Under the pieces are notes generated by a model, which worked only from the letters and a program-made list of their open reading frames with translations, made no database searches and was not told the origin of the DNA. DNA of 64,000 nucleotides, taken from Bacteroidales bacterium. Its GTDB lineage: Bacteria > Bacteroidota > Bacteroidia > Bacteroidales > UBA7960. The stretch covers positions 3,981-67,980 of the forward strand of contig DATIKH010000085.1 of assembly GCA_035477775.1 (NCBI GenBank), written 5' to 3'. Below, one piece after another: positions 39,981 to 49,180 of the stretch (position 1 is its first letter; each line of letters begins with the position of its first letter). A program made the translations under genes and the position numbers.

Positions 39981-41669
39981 TCAGAAACCTGCTGCCTGGC
40001 CGTCTTTGCGCGACTCGCTGGCCCCGATAAACACCCGGTTTTGCCTGTCCCACATAATGGCCTGGTATCCGCCAAAGGCTCCGTGACTCCATTGAACCAC
40101 GTGGCCTTTTTCCATCAAGGCCCGGATGGTTTCGTACGGAAATCCGAACTCAAGGCTCACTGTACCTCCATTGGTCATTTGCTGCCCGGTGGGTTCTGAC
40201 GAGCCGGAGTGCAAAATACGGGGCGCATCGCCGGCTTCCTGCAGGTTCATTCCAAAATCGATGATATTGACAAGTATCTGAACCTGGCCCTGGGGCTGCA
40301 TATCGCCTCCCATAACGCCGAAACTCATAAAGGGCTCCCCGTTTTTGGTTACAAATCCCGGAATGATTGTATGAAATGGTCTTTTGCCGGGTTCATAGGT
40401 ATTGAAATGGTCGGGCTGCAGGTTGAAACTTTCGCCACGGTTTTGAAGCACAAAACCCAATCCGGGAGGAGTCATCCCGCTTCCCATTCCCCTGAAGTTG
40501 CTCTGAATAAGTGATACCATATTCCCTTCGCGGTCGGCCACGGTCAGATAAATGGTGTTTGGGGCAGGGGGGATGCCCGGTTCCACGCGCCGGGCAGCAA
40601 GCCGGGGATTTATCAGTTGGCGCCTCTCTTCGGCATAGGCATCCGAAACAAGCCAATCTATGGGTATCGTGTTGAAAGCCATATCGGCGTAGTATTTTGC
40701 CCTGTCCTCAAATGCCAGTTTTTTAGCTTCCACCAGAAGGTGGATGTATTCCGGGCTGATCAACCCCATGGAAGCAAGGTCGTACGCTTCGAGGATGTTG
40801 AGCATCTGAAGCACTGCAAGTCCCTGGCTGTTTGGCGGAAGCTGCCATACGTCGTATCCGCGGTAGTTTACCGATACAGGCTCCACCCATTCGCTGGTAT
40901 GTGCGGCCATGTCATCGTAGCTCAAAAATCCCCCGTTTTCGCGCATGAAGCGGTCAATCACTTTGGCAATCTCCCCACGGTAAAAGGCATCGCGCCCCTG
41001 GGTGGCTATGATGCGATAGGTGTTGGCAAGGTATGGGTTGCGGAAAATTTCTCCCTTGCGGGGCATTTGCCCGCCGGGCATAAAGGTTTCCTTAAAGTTC
41101 GGGAAGCGGCCCAGCACCCCCGCCGACCGTTGCAGATAATAGGCAACCAGTTCAGTTACCGGAAAACCATTTATAGCGTATTCAATGGCTGGTTGCAAAA
41201 TATCGGTCATGGGCATTCTGCCGAATTTCTCGTGCATTTCGAACCATCCATCTACGGCGCCGGGAACGCTCACCGACAGAGGCCCCCGTTGGGGAATCAT
41301 CTCATAGCCGTTTTCGATAAAGTGCTGACGTGTAAGGCCTTTTGGAGAGCGTCCGCTGGCATTCAGCCCATAGAGTTTTTGTGTTTGGGCACACCAGATG
41401 AGGGCAAAAAGGTCGCCTCCTATGCCGCAACCCGTTGGTTCCATCAATCCAAGTGCGGCATTGGCGGCAATGGCTGCATCAACCGCCGTGCCGCCCTTTT
41501 GCAGTATGTCAACAGCAATCTGGGTGGCAAGCGGATGGCTGGTAGCTGCCATTCCATGCTGGGCAATGACCTCCGAGCGGGTAGCAAAAGGGCGCCCTGT
41601 TATCCGGTCTTGCGAATGAAGGGTTGAAACGAAAAAAAGCAACAACAGAAGCACGGTTATCTTTTTCAT
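39981..41669 (-). CDS. ggt: Gamma-glutamyltransferase (secreted)
   Basis: Signal peptide. Autoprocessing context ...PPAPNTIYLTVADREGNMVS. GGDMQPQ near the C-terminus. 562 aa. Confidence 0.9.
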   Translation of the reverse strand: MKKITVLLLLLFFVSTLHSQDRITGRPFATRSEVIAQHGMAATSHPLATQIAVDILQKGGTAVDAAIAANAALGLMEPTGCGIGGDLFALIWCAQTQKLYGLNASGRSPKGLTRQHFIENGYEMIPQRGPLSVSVPGAVDGWFEMHEKFGRMPMTDILQPAIEYAINGFPVTELVAYYLQRSAGVLGRFPNFKETFMPGGQMPRKGEIFRNPYLANTYRIIATQGRDAFYRGEIAKVIDRFMRENGGFLSYDDMAAHTSEWVEPVSVNYRGYDVWQLPPNSQGLAVLQMLNILEAYDLASMGLISPEYIHLLVEAKKLAFEDRAKYYADMAFNTIPIDWLVSDAYAEERRQLINPRLAARRVEPGIPPAPNTIYLTVADREGNMVSLIQSNFRGMGSGMTPPGLGFVLQNRGESFNLQPDHFNTYEPGKRPFHTIIPGFVTKNGEPFMSFGVMGGDMQPQGQVQILVNIIDFGMNLQEAGDAPRILHSGSSEPTGQQMTNGGTVSLEFGFPYETIRALMEKGHVVQWSHGAFGGYQAIMWDRQNRVFIGASESRKDGQAAGF

Positions 41670-41892
41670 TTTTCACGATATTATGAGTGGTTAACCAAAG
41701 CTCATTTGTATGCGCTGCAACCTTGCAAAATGCTGGTTTGGCATTGGTGTCAGCATAACAAAATTAATTTTAAAGTCCACAATTCGAAGAAAGTCTTAAA
41801 TGTGAATATTTGTGTGGTTCAAAAGGCACAGGTTTGAAGTTTTTTCTGATACGAAACAATTTTCCATCGGTTCGGCTTATTTCGAAAACCTA

Positions 41893-42594
41893 TTAAAGGC
41901 CATTCATAAAATTCAACTGAACACAGGTGGCCAGGGCGGCTGTTTCGGTGCGCAGACGATGCTGCCCCAACGATACCGGCACGAACCCTTTCTGCAATGC
42001 AAACTGTACTTCCGTTTCCGAAAAATCGCCCTCCGGCCCGATCATCATAATTACGTTCTTACCTGTTTGGTAGGCTTCTGAAAGACTACTGCGTGATAAG
42101 TCCCTGCAGTGTGCAACCAGCTTGGCACCTTCAAAATCCTTTTTCAGAAATTCGTTGAACTTTACCATTGGGTTAAGTTTGGGCAAGAAGGCCCGCATGG
42201 ATTGCTTCATGGCGGCCACCAACAATTTTTCCAGCCTTTCGTGCTTCAGAGTTGTCCTTTCACTTTTTTCGCAAATGAGAGGGGTAATCTCGTCAATGCC
42301 GCATTCGGTGGCTTTTTCTAATAGCCACTCGAATCGGTCTATATTCTTGGTAGGCGCCACCGCCAAATGCAGCCTGAAAGGGCGGGGTGACTGCTGTATT
42401 GTTTCGGAAATAGAAATCAAGCTCCCTTTGGCATGGCTGCTGACAAGGATACCACTGCACCAGGTACCTTTACCGTTGGTAACCACCACTTGCTGGCCCT
42501 CGCGCAAACGCAGCGCCTTAACCGCATGGTGCGATTCCTCCTCACTTAGGATTACCGGTTGTCCATGGGTAATCTCGGCAAAAAATACATGCAT
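41893..42594 (-). CDS. rsmE: 16S rRNA (uracil1498-N3)-methyltransferase RsmE
   Basis: N-terminal PUA-like region (HHAVKALRLREGQ) and C-terminal SPOUT motifs (MIGPEGDFSETE, LGQHRLRTETAA). Confidence 0.9.
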   Translation of the reverse strand: MHVFFAEITHGQPVILSEEESHHAVKALRLREGQQVVVTNGKGTWCSGILVSSHAKGSLISISETIQQSPRPFRLHLAVAPTKNIDRFEWLLEKATECGIDEITPLICEKSERTTLKHERLEKLLVAAMKQSMRAFLPKLNPMVKFNEFLKKDFEGAKLVAHCRDLSRSSLSEAYQTGKNVIMMIGPEGDFSETEVQFALQKGFVPVSLGQHRLRTETAALATCVQLNFMNGL

Positions 42595-42674
42595 GTCAAA
42601 ATCCTAATGAATAAACTTTCGGAACGAAACAAATTTAATAAAAAGCCTGTTCCACTATTATTTATATTTGTTGC

Positions 42675-43604
42675 ATGCAGCGGGTGCTACAAATACTAAA
42701 CCACCGGGATTTTATCCTGACACTTGCTCTGGTAACCGGTTTTGTTATAGGCGACCATAGCAGGTTTCTTGCCGAAATTTCGGTTTATATCCTTGGGGTG
42801 GTGATGATCTTTGCCACCACCGGCTTTTCTTTTGGCAACTGGTGGCCGGTAAAAAAAGTCCTGAAACCTGTTGGCTGGTCGGTTTTACTCAATTATGTAG
42901 TTTTTGGATTGACCATCGTTTTGTGTGGGTGGCTTGTTTTTGGCACAGAACCTTACTTCCCATATTTTATCGGGATTGTGCTCCTTGCTGCCGCCCCACC
43001 CGGGCCTTCAATAATCCCTTTTTCGACAATGCTCCAGGGCGATGATCATTTTTCGGTAACCGGCGTGTTCGCGCTGCAATTGCTGGCAATGGTTCTGGCC
43101 CCTTTGATCCTCTTTTTGGTTCTGGGCATGGAACTTATTAACCCCTTCGGATTTTTCGAAATCATGGTAAAGCTGGTTTTGATTCCCCTGGCCGTAAGCA
43201 GGGTCCTCAGGCACCCCAAATTAGTCAAACCGGTAAACAGTATGCGCGACAACGTAATTAAATGGGGATTTTTTCTTGTAATTGTTCCCATTACGGGAAT
43301 GAGCGCCGAAATTTTCTTTTCTGAACCAATCCCATTACTTGGAATCTCGGCAATTCTCATTTTTGCCATGTACGGCATTGGTTTTGGCTATCATATCCTG
43401 ATGAATAAGTTGGGGTACCCCAGGCCATTTCTTGTCAGCAGTACGCTCATGTTGACCACAAAAAGCAGTGCGTTTGCAGCCGTAGTTGCTTTTACCTTCT
43501 TTGCGGGCAATCCTGAAGTAGCCCTACCTGCAGCTGTTACCAGCGTTTTAGTTACGCTTTTTGCAATCTTTTATTCAAGATTTCTGAAAATACAAGGCAT
43601 TTAA
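42675..43604 (+). CDS. Bile acid:Na+ symporter (BASS)-family-like membrane transporter
   Basis: ~9-10 TM helices in 309 aa. AAPPGPSIIPFSTMLQGDDHFSV resembles the BASS signature. Confidence 0.55.
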   Translation: MQRVLQILNHRDFILTLALVTGFVIGDHSRFLAEISVYILGVVMIFATTGFSFGNWWPVKKVLKPVGWSVLLNYVVFGLTIVLCGWLVFGTEPYFPYFIGIVLLAAAPPGPSIIPFSTMLQGDDHFSVTGVFALQLLAMVLAPLILFLVLGMELINPFGFFEIMVKLVLIPLAVSRVLRHPKLVKPVNSMRDNVIKWGFFLVIVPITGMSAEIFFSEPIPLLGISAILIFAMYGIGFGYHILMNKLGYPRPFLVSSTLMLTTKSSAFAAVVAFTFFAGNPEVALPAAVTSVLVTLFAIFYSRFLKIQGI

Positions 43605-43606
43605 AA

Positions 43607-44929
43607 TCAGCTATCGTTGTTTTCATATACCACCTCGTTTCTTTGAAGCGGGTATTTCTTTTCTGAAACCAACATGATAATGGTTCCTGTAAGCAGTGCG
43701 GCCATCGTAATGGCAAAGGCAGTGGTAAATCCCCACATTTGGAAAAACAATACCCCCATAACCGGGGCAAAAACCGATCGCAAGGCAGTAAGTCCCAAAT
43801 GGATGGATTGATAGGTGGCGGCTTCACCTGGCGAACAAAAATAGGCCGATCCGATACTCCAGATCAAGGCCATGGTTGCAGCAAATATTCCGTGAAACAA
43901 TATGTAAATCAGCAGCGTATGATAAATGCGAATATTGAAAATATCCACGTAACTGTTGAAGTAGTTTGTCAGAAGCAGCGACAGGATAAAAACAAACATC
44001 GAAAAGAACGACAGGGCGGCGAATCTTCTTGGGTCCATAACCCCGACCAACCTCCCGAAAAAAGGAAGCATGGCTATGGCCAGCAAGTTGTATGCATTCC
44101 GGTAAAAAGCCACGCTCGAATAATTCAGACCCAAAGCCTGTTCGAAAAATATAATGATCACCGTATAAGACCCCATGAAACCAAAACCGTAAAACATAAA
44201 TCCCGTTTGGAAATGCCGGTATGGAATGTTCTTTTTCAAGACTTCGGTCATGCTTTTGATGGAGGATTTTATTCCGCGAAGGATTCCCTGAGAGCCCTTG
44301 TCAGGTGGGGCTTCATACGAGGGTATGAGGGTTAGCAGGTATATTGAGGCCATCCCCAGGATGCCAGCCACTGGAAAAGCATACACAAAAAAGAACGGGT
44401 TCCTGTCGAGCATCCAACCGTAAGCAAAGGTGGTAACCATCATCACTATGCGATTGGCTGTAGTTGCATAGCTGAACAGCCTTCCAAAGTTGGCGTGGGA
44501 GTATGAGTTTTTGAGCAGCAGGTTGATGCTTGGAAAAACAATTGGGTTGGCCAGATAATAGATCAGAAAAATCAGCAAAAAGGCAAGATGTGCCATCGAG
44601 TCGCCCGTAAGGGCTTCAGGGCTTTTTGGAAAAAACAGAAGCAGAAGGAGCGGAATACGGGTAAGAATGGCTGTTTTTCTGAGGAGTCCTTTACGATTAT
44701 TGATGCGGCTCAGGGTCTCATTGAAAAAAATCAACAATATAAATACCAGGGTTCCAAACTGAAATAATAAGCTGGCCTGAATACCTGTCCCCAACAGACT
44801 TTTTATGAATACGAATTCGTTGAGGGCAATCAATCCCGCCAAAATACCTTCGATTACAGAATAGGCAAAATGTAAGGTAAAAGTTCGCCTTTCAACCGGG
44901 GTTAATCCCTCAAACCGAAGCAATTTCAT
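43607..44929 (-). CDS. MFS-type transporter
   Basis: 12-TM-like hydrophobicity pattern. I prefer the ATG at 44929 (MKLLRFEGL...) over the upstream TTG at 44995 because a -7 box lies between them. Confidence 0.65.
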   Translation of the reverse strand: MKLLRFEGLTPVERRTFTLHFAYSVIEGILAGLIALNEFVFIKSLLGTGIQASLLFQFGTLVFILLIFFNETLSRINNRKGLLRKTAILTRIPLLLLLFFPKSPEALTGDSMAHLAFLLIFLIYYLANPIVFPSINLLLKNSYSHANFGRLFSYATTANRIVMMVTTFAYGWMLDRNPFFFVYAFPVAGILGMASIYLLTLIPSYEAPPDKGSQGILRGIKSSIKSMTEVLKKNIPYRHFQTGFMFYGFGFMGSYTVIIIFFEQALGLNYSSVAFYRNAYNLLAIAMLPFFGRLVGVMDPRRFAALSFFSMFVFILSLLLTNYFNSYVDIFNIRIYHTLLIYILFHGIFAATMALIWSIGSAYFCSPGEAATYQSIHLGLTALRSVFAPVMGVLFFQMWGFTTAFAITMAALLTGTIIMLVSEKKYPLQRNEVVYENNDS

Positions 44930-44959
44930 AAAGGAAGTTTCAACCAATGCAGGAATTTG

Positions 44960-44967
44960 CAAATTTA
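44960..44967 (-). promoter_or_regulatory. -7 box TAAATTTG upstream of the MFS gene
   Basis: The minus strand reads TAAATTTG 31 nt upstream of the ATG at 44929. Confidence 0.5.
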
Positions 44968-45209
44968 GTTTGCCTGGCTGATTTGAGCATTGCAAGTTGC
45001 ATTAAAAAGTATTAAAGCAATGTTCGAATGAACTTATCGATATTTTTCTTGTCTTATTTTTTTAAAATGCAGTTACTTTGTACACTAAATTTCAGGCATT
45101 AAAAAGAAAGGATTAACTCTGGAAAATGGAACTGTAACCGTTCTAACATCCAACAGGATTAATGCCCAGCAGGACCCCATCTGTTCATGAACTTTAAAAA
45201 ATTTTTAGG

Positions 45210-46619
45210 ATGAAGAAAATTTATTTTGTAATCGCTGCTATTATTTTGCTGGTTTCTTGTAAACCAACTGTCAAAGAAGCAACTATCAGCGGGGTAATTA
45301 ACAACCCGACCTCTGATAAAGTGGAAGTATTGTATTCTAAAAACCTCATTGGAAATCCACTTGAGCGGGTAGAGGTTGCTCTGGATGAGAACAATGCATT
45401 TTCGGCCACCCTGCCGCTTTCCGAAGGGCAACTTGTTTACATCAGGGTGCCGAGGCGCAACATAATGCTATATCTGCTGCCTGGCGCCGATGTACACATT
45501 ACTTTTGATGCTGGCAACCCGGAGATGGTTCCCGTGATTGAAGGCGCGAAAGCTCTTGAAAGTCAGTTTCTTGTGTCGTACGTGCATGATGTGGAACGGA
45601 ATCACAGCCGTACGTTATTGCTGAATATGGCCGGAGATTTGACTGCAGAGGAATTTTTAGGCGCTGTAGAGGGTGGGTACAACGAAAAAAATGCTTTTCT
45701 TGAAAACCACGAAAGTTACCGGAAACTTGATCGGGATTTTGTCTCCCTGCTTCGCACCAACATGCTTTATGAAAAGTACAACCTGTTGCTGGAGTACCCA
45801 ATGGCCTTTGCCCATTTTAATCCTGGAGCAGGCGAACCTGCACTTCCCGATGGTTTTTTTGATTTCCTTAAAAAAGAAAATCTTTTTGGTGATGAATTTA
45901 CCAAGTCAAGGGCATATTTCAGGTTTATGCAATTATACCTCACTCGTAAATTGGAAGGGGAAGCCGATGTCGATACGGAATTGACATTTGCCGAAAGGAT
46001 TTTTAACTTAGCAGAAACTGAACTTCCCGGACTTTCGCGCGAAATGGTGCTTGGCGAGATGGTACTTATGGGGCTTGGCTTCATGGAGACGCAACAGGCA
46101 AAAGGACTTTACGATAGGTTCTTAGGTTTGGCTTCCAATCAGGACCTAATCGATATTGTTCAGAAAGAGTTCGATATTGTGATGGCATTGGCCCCAGGCC
46201 AGCCTGCTCCTGATTTTACGCTGACCGACATTAACGGAAATCAGGTTTCGTTGAGCGACTTTGCTGGCAAGGTGGTGTATCTCGATTTTTGGGCAAGCTG
46301 GTGCGGACCTTGCATGCGCGAAGTTCCATTCGCAAAGGAGTTGAAAAAAAGGATGGCCAACCAGCCCGACCTCGTGTTTTTGTACATTTCAGTCGATACC
46401 GATGAGGCAGCCTGGCGCAATACGGTTGCTCAGCAGCAAATTCAGGGCGTGCATCTCAATGTGGCGGGTTTCGACCATGATGTACCCAGGTCGTACAACC
46501 TGAGGGGTGTTCCTACATTCTTCCTGATTGGAAGGGATGGAAAAATAATCAATAACCGGCCGCCCCGCCCGAGCAATCCCGAAATAGACCAGGTACTGAC
46601 CGACGCCCTTGCCCTTTAA
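45210..46619 (+). CDS. TlpA/ResA-like thiol:disulfide oxidoreductase lipoprotein with ~330-aa N-terminal domain (paralog 1)
   Basis: Lipobox LLVSCKP and a C-terminal thioredoxin fold with WASWCGPC. Confidence 0.85.
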   Translation: MKKIYFVIAAIILLVSCKPTVKEATISGVINNPTSDKVEVLYSKNLIGNPLERVEVALDENNAFSATLPLSEGQLVYIRVPRRNIMLYLLPGADVHITFDAGNPEMVPVIEGAKALESQFLVSYVHDVERNHSRTLLLNMAGDLTAEEFLGAVEGGYNEKNAFLENHESYRKLDRDFVSLLRTNMLYEKYNLLLEYPMAFAHFNPGAGEPALPDGFFDFLKKENLFGDEFTKSRAYFRFMQLYLTRKLEGEADVDTELTFAERIFNLAETELPGLSREMVLGEMVLMGLGFMETQQAKGLYDRFLGLASNQDLIDIVQKEFDIVMALAPGQPAPDFTLTDINGNQVSLSDFAGKVVYLDFWASWCGPCMREVPFAKELKKRMANQPDLVFLYISVDTDEAAWRNTVAQQQIQGVHLNVAGFDHDVPRSYNLRGVPTFFLIGRDGKIINNRPPRPSNPEIDQVLTDALAL

Positions 46620-46648
46620 CCCTTAACCTCTCACATTTTTCCTTTTTT

Positions 46649-46697
46649 CTTTATCCTTTAATCTTTATCCTTTAACCTTTAACCTTTAACCTTATCC
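46649..46697 (+). repeat. Heptanucleotide tandem repeat CTTTAWC, 7 units, ending 3 nt before the next start codon
   Basis: ctttatc ctttaat ctttatc ctttaac ctttaac ctttaac cttatcc. Related CCTTTAAC/CCTTAAC copies at 46613-46627 overlap the preceding stop codon. Confidence 0.95.
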
Positions 46698-46700
46698 CCC

Positions 46701-48116
46701 ATGCGCCAAATTCTAAGTTTTGTTCTCATTGCAATATTGCTGGCCGCTTGCCGGCCTGCTACAGACACCTCGGTTCGTATTACCGGAGTTGTTCAAAATC
46801 CAACGGGCGATCCCATTGAGTTGGTTTATTTCAGCGATTTTACCAACAATCAACGGGAAATTGTCACCCTGGAACTGGATGCCGAAAACCGTTTTGATGT
46901 TTCATTCGACATCCCCACACCCATGGCGGTTACCTTGCGAAATGGCCGGGTAAGCCTGCAGTTGTTTCTACAACCTGGCGATCGGGTCCAATTAGAGGCA
47001 GATGCTACAGACTGGTTAAACACCTTAGCCCTTACAGGAGAAGCCGCACCCAACAGCACATTCTTTGTGCAATATCAAAGGGAACTGGGCGTCAATTTGG
47101 GATCGGCATTTTTTAATAATGCTGCGATGGTATCTGCACCTGTGGTCTTCCAAGGCGTAATAGATAGCGTTCTGGCTGTTCAATTGGGTTATCTGGAGAC
47201 CTACACCAACAAGGCAGAGCTGTCGGAGCCTTTCAATACTTTTTTCACTGCTGAGATGGAATATGCTGCAAAAAACCGTTTGTTAGCCTATCCTTCCACC
47301 CACCAGAGACTTAACCAACTGCCCGATCCTCTGACATTACCCGATGGGTTCTTTGATTTCCTTAACGATCCCGGTATTTTCAACGACAATCTGCTACATA
47401 GCGAGGCCTATGCGAATTTTTTGCTTGCCTATCTTGGATATCAAGCAGGACTTACCCCGCAACGGTTTGCAGAAGGCACTTCGCAGAACGAAATCAATTA
47501 TACCTTGGCTGGGGAGCTTATACCTGGAGAATCAGGCGCTTTTGCGCAGGTCATTAGCATTAATCGGGAATTCAATTTCGGTTCCATCGAAAAAGCCCAG
47601 GCTCTCTACGACGATTTTGTGGCACGCGACATATCCGAAGACTTAAGGACACGTGTAACCCGCACCTGGGAAGGTATCCAGGCCCTGATGCCAGGAAAGC
47701 CCGCCCCCGACTTTACGCTTACCGACATCAATGGAAATGAGGTTTCCTTAAGCGATTTTAAAGGGAAAGTGGTCTATCTGAAGTTTTGGGCAAGTTGGTG
47801 CGGCCCGTGTATGAGGCAGGTACCACCGGCTGCCGAGCTTAAAAAGCGGCTTGCAGATCAAGAGGACCTTGTGTTTCTGTATGTTTCCATCGACACCGAC
47901 AACAACGCCTGGAGGTCAACTGTTGAGCACCACGGTATAACCGGAACCCACCTGGTTACTCCAGGACGCGAGCGCGGAGCGCCGGACCTGTATCAGGTAA
48001 AATGGATACCCACCTTTTATATTATAGGACGCGACGGAAATATCTTCGACAACCGGCCACCGCAGCCTTCCGACCCCAGAGTGGATGAAGTACTGCTGAA
48101 AGCCCTGGCAACCTAA
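46701..48116 (+). CDS. TlpA/ResA-like thiol:disulfide oxidoreductase lipoprotein (paralog 2)
   Basis: Lipobox LLAACRP and WASWCGPC. Same architecture as the upstream gene, with a very similar thioredoxin domain. Confidence 0.85.
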   Translation: MRQILSFVLIAILLAACRPATDTSVRITGVVQNPTGDPIELVYFSDFTNNQREIVTLELDAENRFDVSFDIPTPMAVTLRNGRVSLQLFLQPGDRVQLEADATDWLNTLALTGEAAPNSTFFVQYQRELGVNLGSAFFNNAAMVSAPVVFQGVIDSVLAVQLGYLETYTNKAELSEPFNTFFTAEMEYAAKNRLLAYPSTHQRLNQLPDPLTLPDGFFDFLNDPGIFNDNLLHSEAYANFLLAYLGYQAGLTPQRFAEGTSQNEINYTLAGELIPGESGAFAQVISINREFNFGSIEKAQALYDDFVARDISEDLRTRVTRTWEGIQALMPGKPAPDFTLTDINGNEVSLSDFKGKVVYLKFWASWCGPCMRQVPPAAELKKRLADQEDLVFLYVSIDTDNNAWRSTVEHHGITGTHLVTPGRERGAPDLYQVKWIPTFYIIGRDGNIFDNRPPQPSDPRVDEVLLKALAT

Positions 48117-48145
48117 GGTAACATCTTTATTTAGAACAATATGCG

Positions 48146-48185
48146 ATTCCCGGTCGTTGAAGCGGCCGGGAATTCTCTTAATCTG
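48146..48185 (+). terminator. Candidate terminator after TlpA-like paralog 2
   Basis: ATTCCCGG (48146-48153) pairs with CCGGGAAT (48166-48173), followed by the T-rich tctcttaatctgtttt. Confidence 0.35.
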
Positions 48186-48307
48186 TTTTGTAAAAACATC
48201 ATGCAAATCAATCAAAACGACCAGTAGGTTGTTTATTGAAATACTACCTGGAAAGTAGTAGCTTTCCGGCTCAATTCTAAATTGACCAGATTTTAAAATT
48301 CTCCCAG

Positions 48308-49177
48308 ATGAAAAAGATCTTTTCTTTGTTGTTCTTGCTTCCGCTGGTTGTTTCGGCGCAGCGAGATTGGAGCCAGATGCGGGTTACAACCACCGAAATG
48401 GCACCGGGTGTTTACCGTTTGTTTGTCGATCCGGGTGTTGCCACGGTGCTATTTACAGGCGCAGATGGCGCCCTGCTCATCGATGCGGCATACACGCAAA
48501 CCACAACCCAGCTCGAAGCTGCCATCAAGGCCATTACCCCCGATCCAGTGAAGTACCTGATCAATACCCATCACCATGCCGATCACACCGGCGGCAATGC
48601 TGTCTTCGGGCAACAAGCTGTTGTGATTGCCCATCAGTTTGTCAGGGATTTTGTAGCTTCCGACCAGGTGCAGGGCACCCGCCAGATAGCGGCTTTGCCC
48701 CGTGCTGCATGGCCGGAAATAACTTTTACCGACAGGTTGAATCTCGAATTCAACGGACAAACCCTGCAATTGAAGCACTTGCCCGCTGGTCACACAGCAG
48801 GCGATGTGATCGTTTTTTTTCCGGAAAGCAATGTGCTGGTGCTGGGCGACCTGTTGTTTGCCGACAATTTTCCGTTTGTCGATGTAACCAACGGTGGCAA
48901 CCCCCGGAGATTTATTGACCACCTGAGGTGGATTGCCGGTAATTTCCCCGAAGAAGTAACCATCGTCGGTGGCCACGGCCCGGTTTACACAATGGCGCAA
49001 CTTCGCACATACATCGAAAATCTTGAAAAAACTGTGGCGACTGTAAAAAATGCCAAAAACTCAGGAATTACCCTTGAACAGGCGAAAGCCAACCGTATCC
49101 TGAAAGAATGGGAGTCGTGGGGGCGCTTCTTTATTACCGAAGACCGCTGGATCGAAACACTATATCAGGCTTTTTAG
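48308..49177 (+). CDS. Secreted MBL-fold metallo-hydrolase
   Basis: Signal peptide MKKIFSLLFLLPLVVSAQ and HHHADHTGG metal-binding motif. Confidence 0.85.
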   Translation: MKKIFSLLFLLPLVVSAQRDWSQMRVTTTEMAPGVYRLFVDPGVATVLFTGADGALLIDAAYTQTTTQLEAAIKAITPDPVKYLINTHHHADHTGGNAVFGQQAVVIAHQFVRDFVASDQVQGTRQIAALPRAAWPEITFTDRLNLEFNGQTLQLKHLPAGHTAGDVIVFFPESNVLVLGDLLFADNFPFVDVTNGGNPRRFIDHLRWIAGNFPEEVTIVGGHGPVYTMAQLRTYIENLEKTVATVKNAKNSGITLEQAKANRILKEWESWGRFFITEDRWIETLYQAF

Positions 49178-49180
49178 CCC

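Noticed and set aside
40617-41627. 336-aa ORF on the plus strand, fully antisense to ggt. Similar long antisense ORFs occur at 1748-2356 (in dcp), 12317-12898 (in the DUF2723 gene) and 48449-49000 (in the MBL gene).
   Set aside because: Each is in exact codon register with the real gene on the other strand: its codons are the reverse complements of the sense codons. Stops can therefore only arise from sense TTA, CTA or TCA codons, which these genes rarely use. The translated products are Arg/Gly/Cys/His-rich with no recognisable motifs. These are shadow ORFs, not genes.
46612-46700. Considered whether the short repeats between the TlpA-like genes could be a degenerate CRISPR array or a REP/MITE element.
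   Set aside because: The units are 7 nt and contiguous with no spacers, there is no leader, and no cas genes occur anywhere in the window. It is a microsatellite, reported as such.
48367-48918. 183-aa same-strand alternative-frame ORF inside the MBL-fold hydrolase gene.
   Set aside because: The Arg/Cys/Pro/His-rich composition is typical of an out-of-frame reading, while the in-frame protein has a clear signal peptide and HxHxDH motif.
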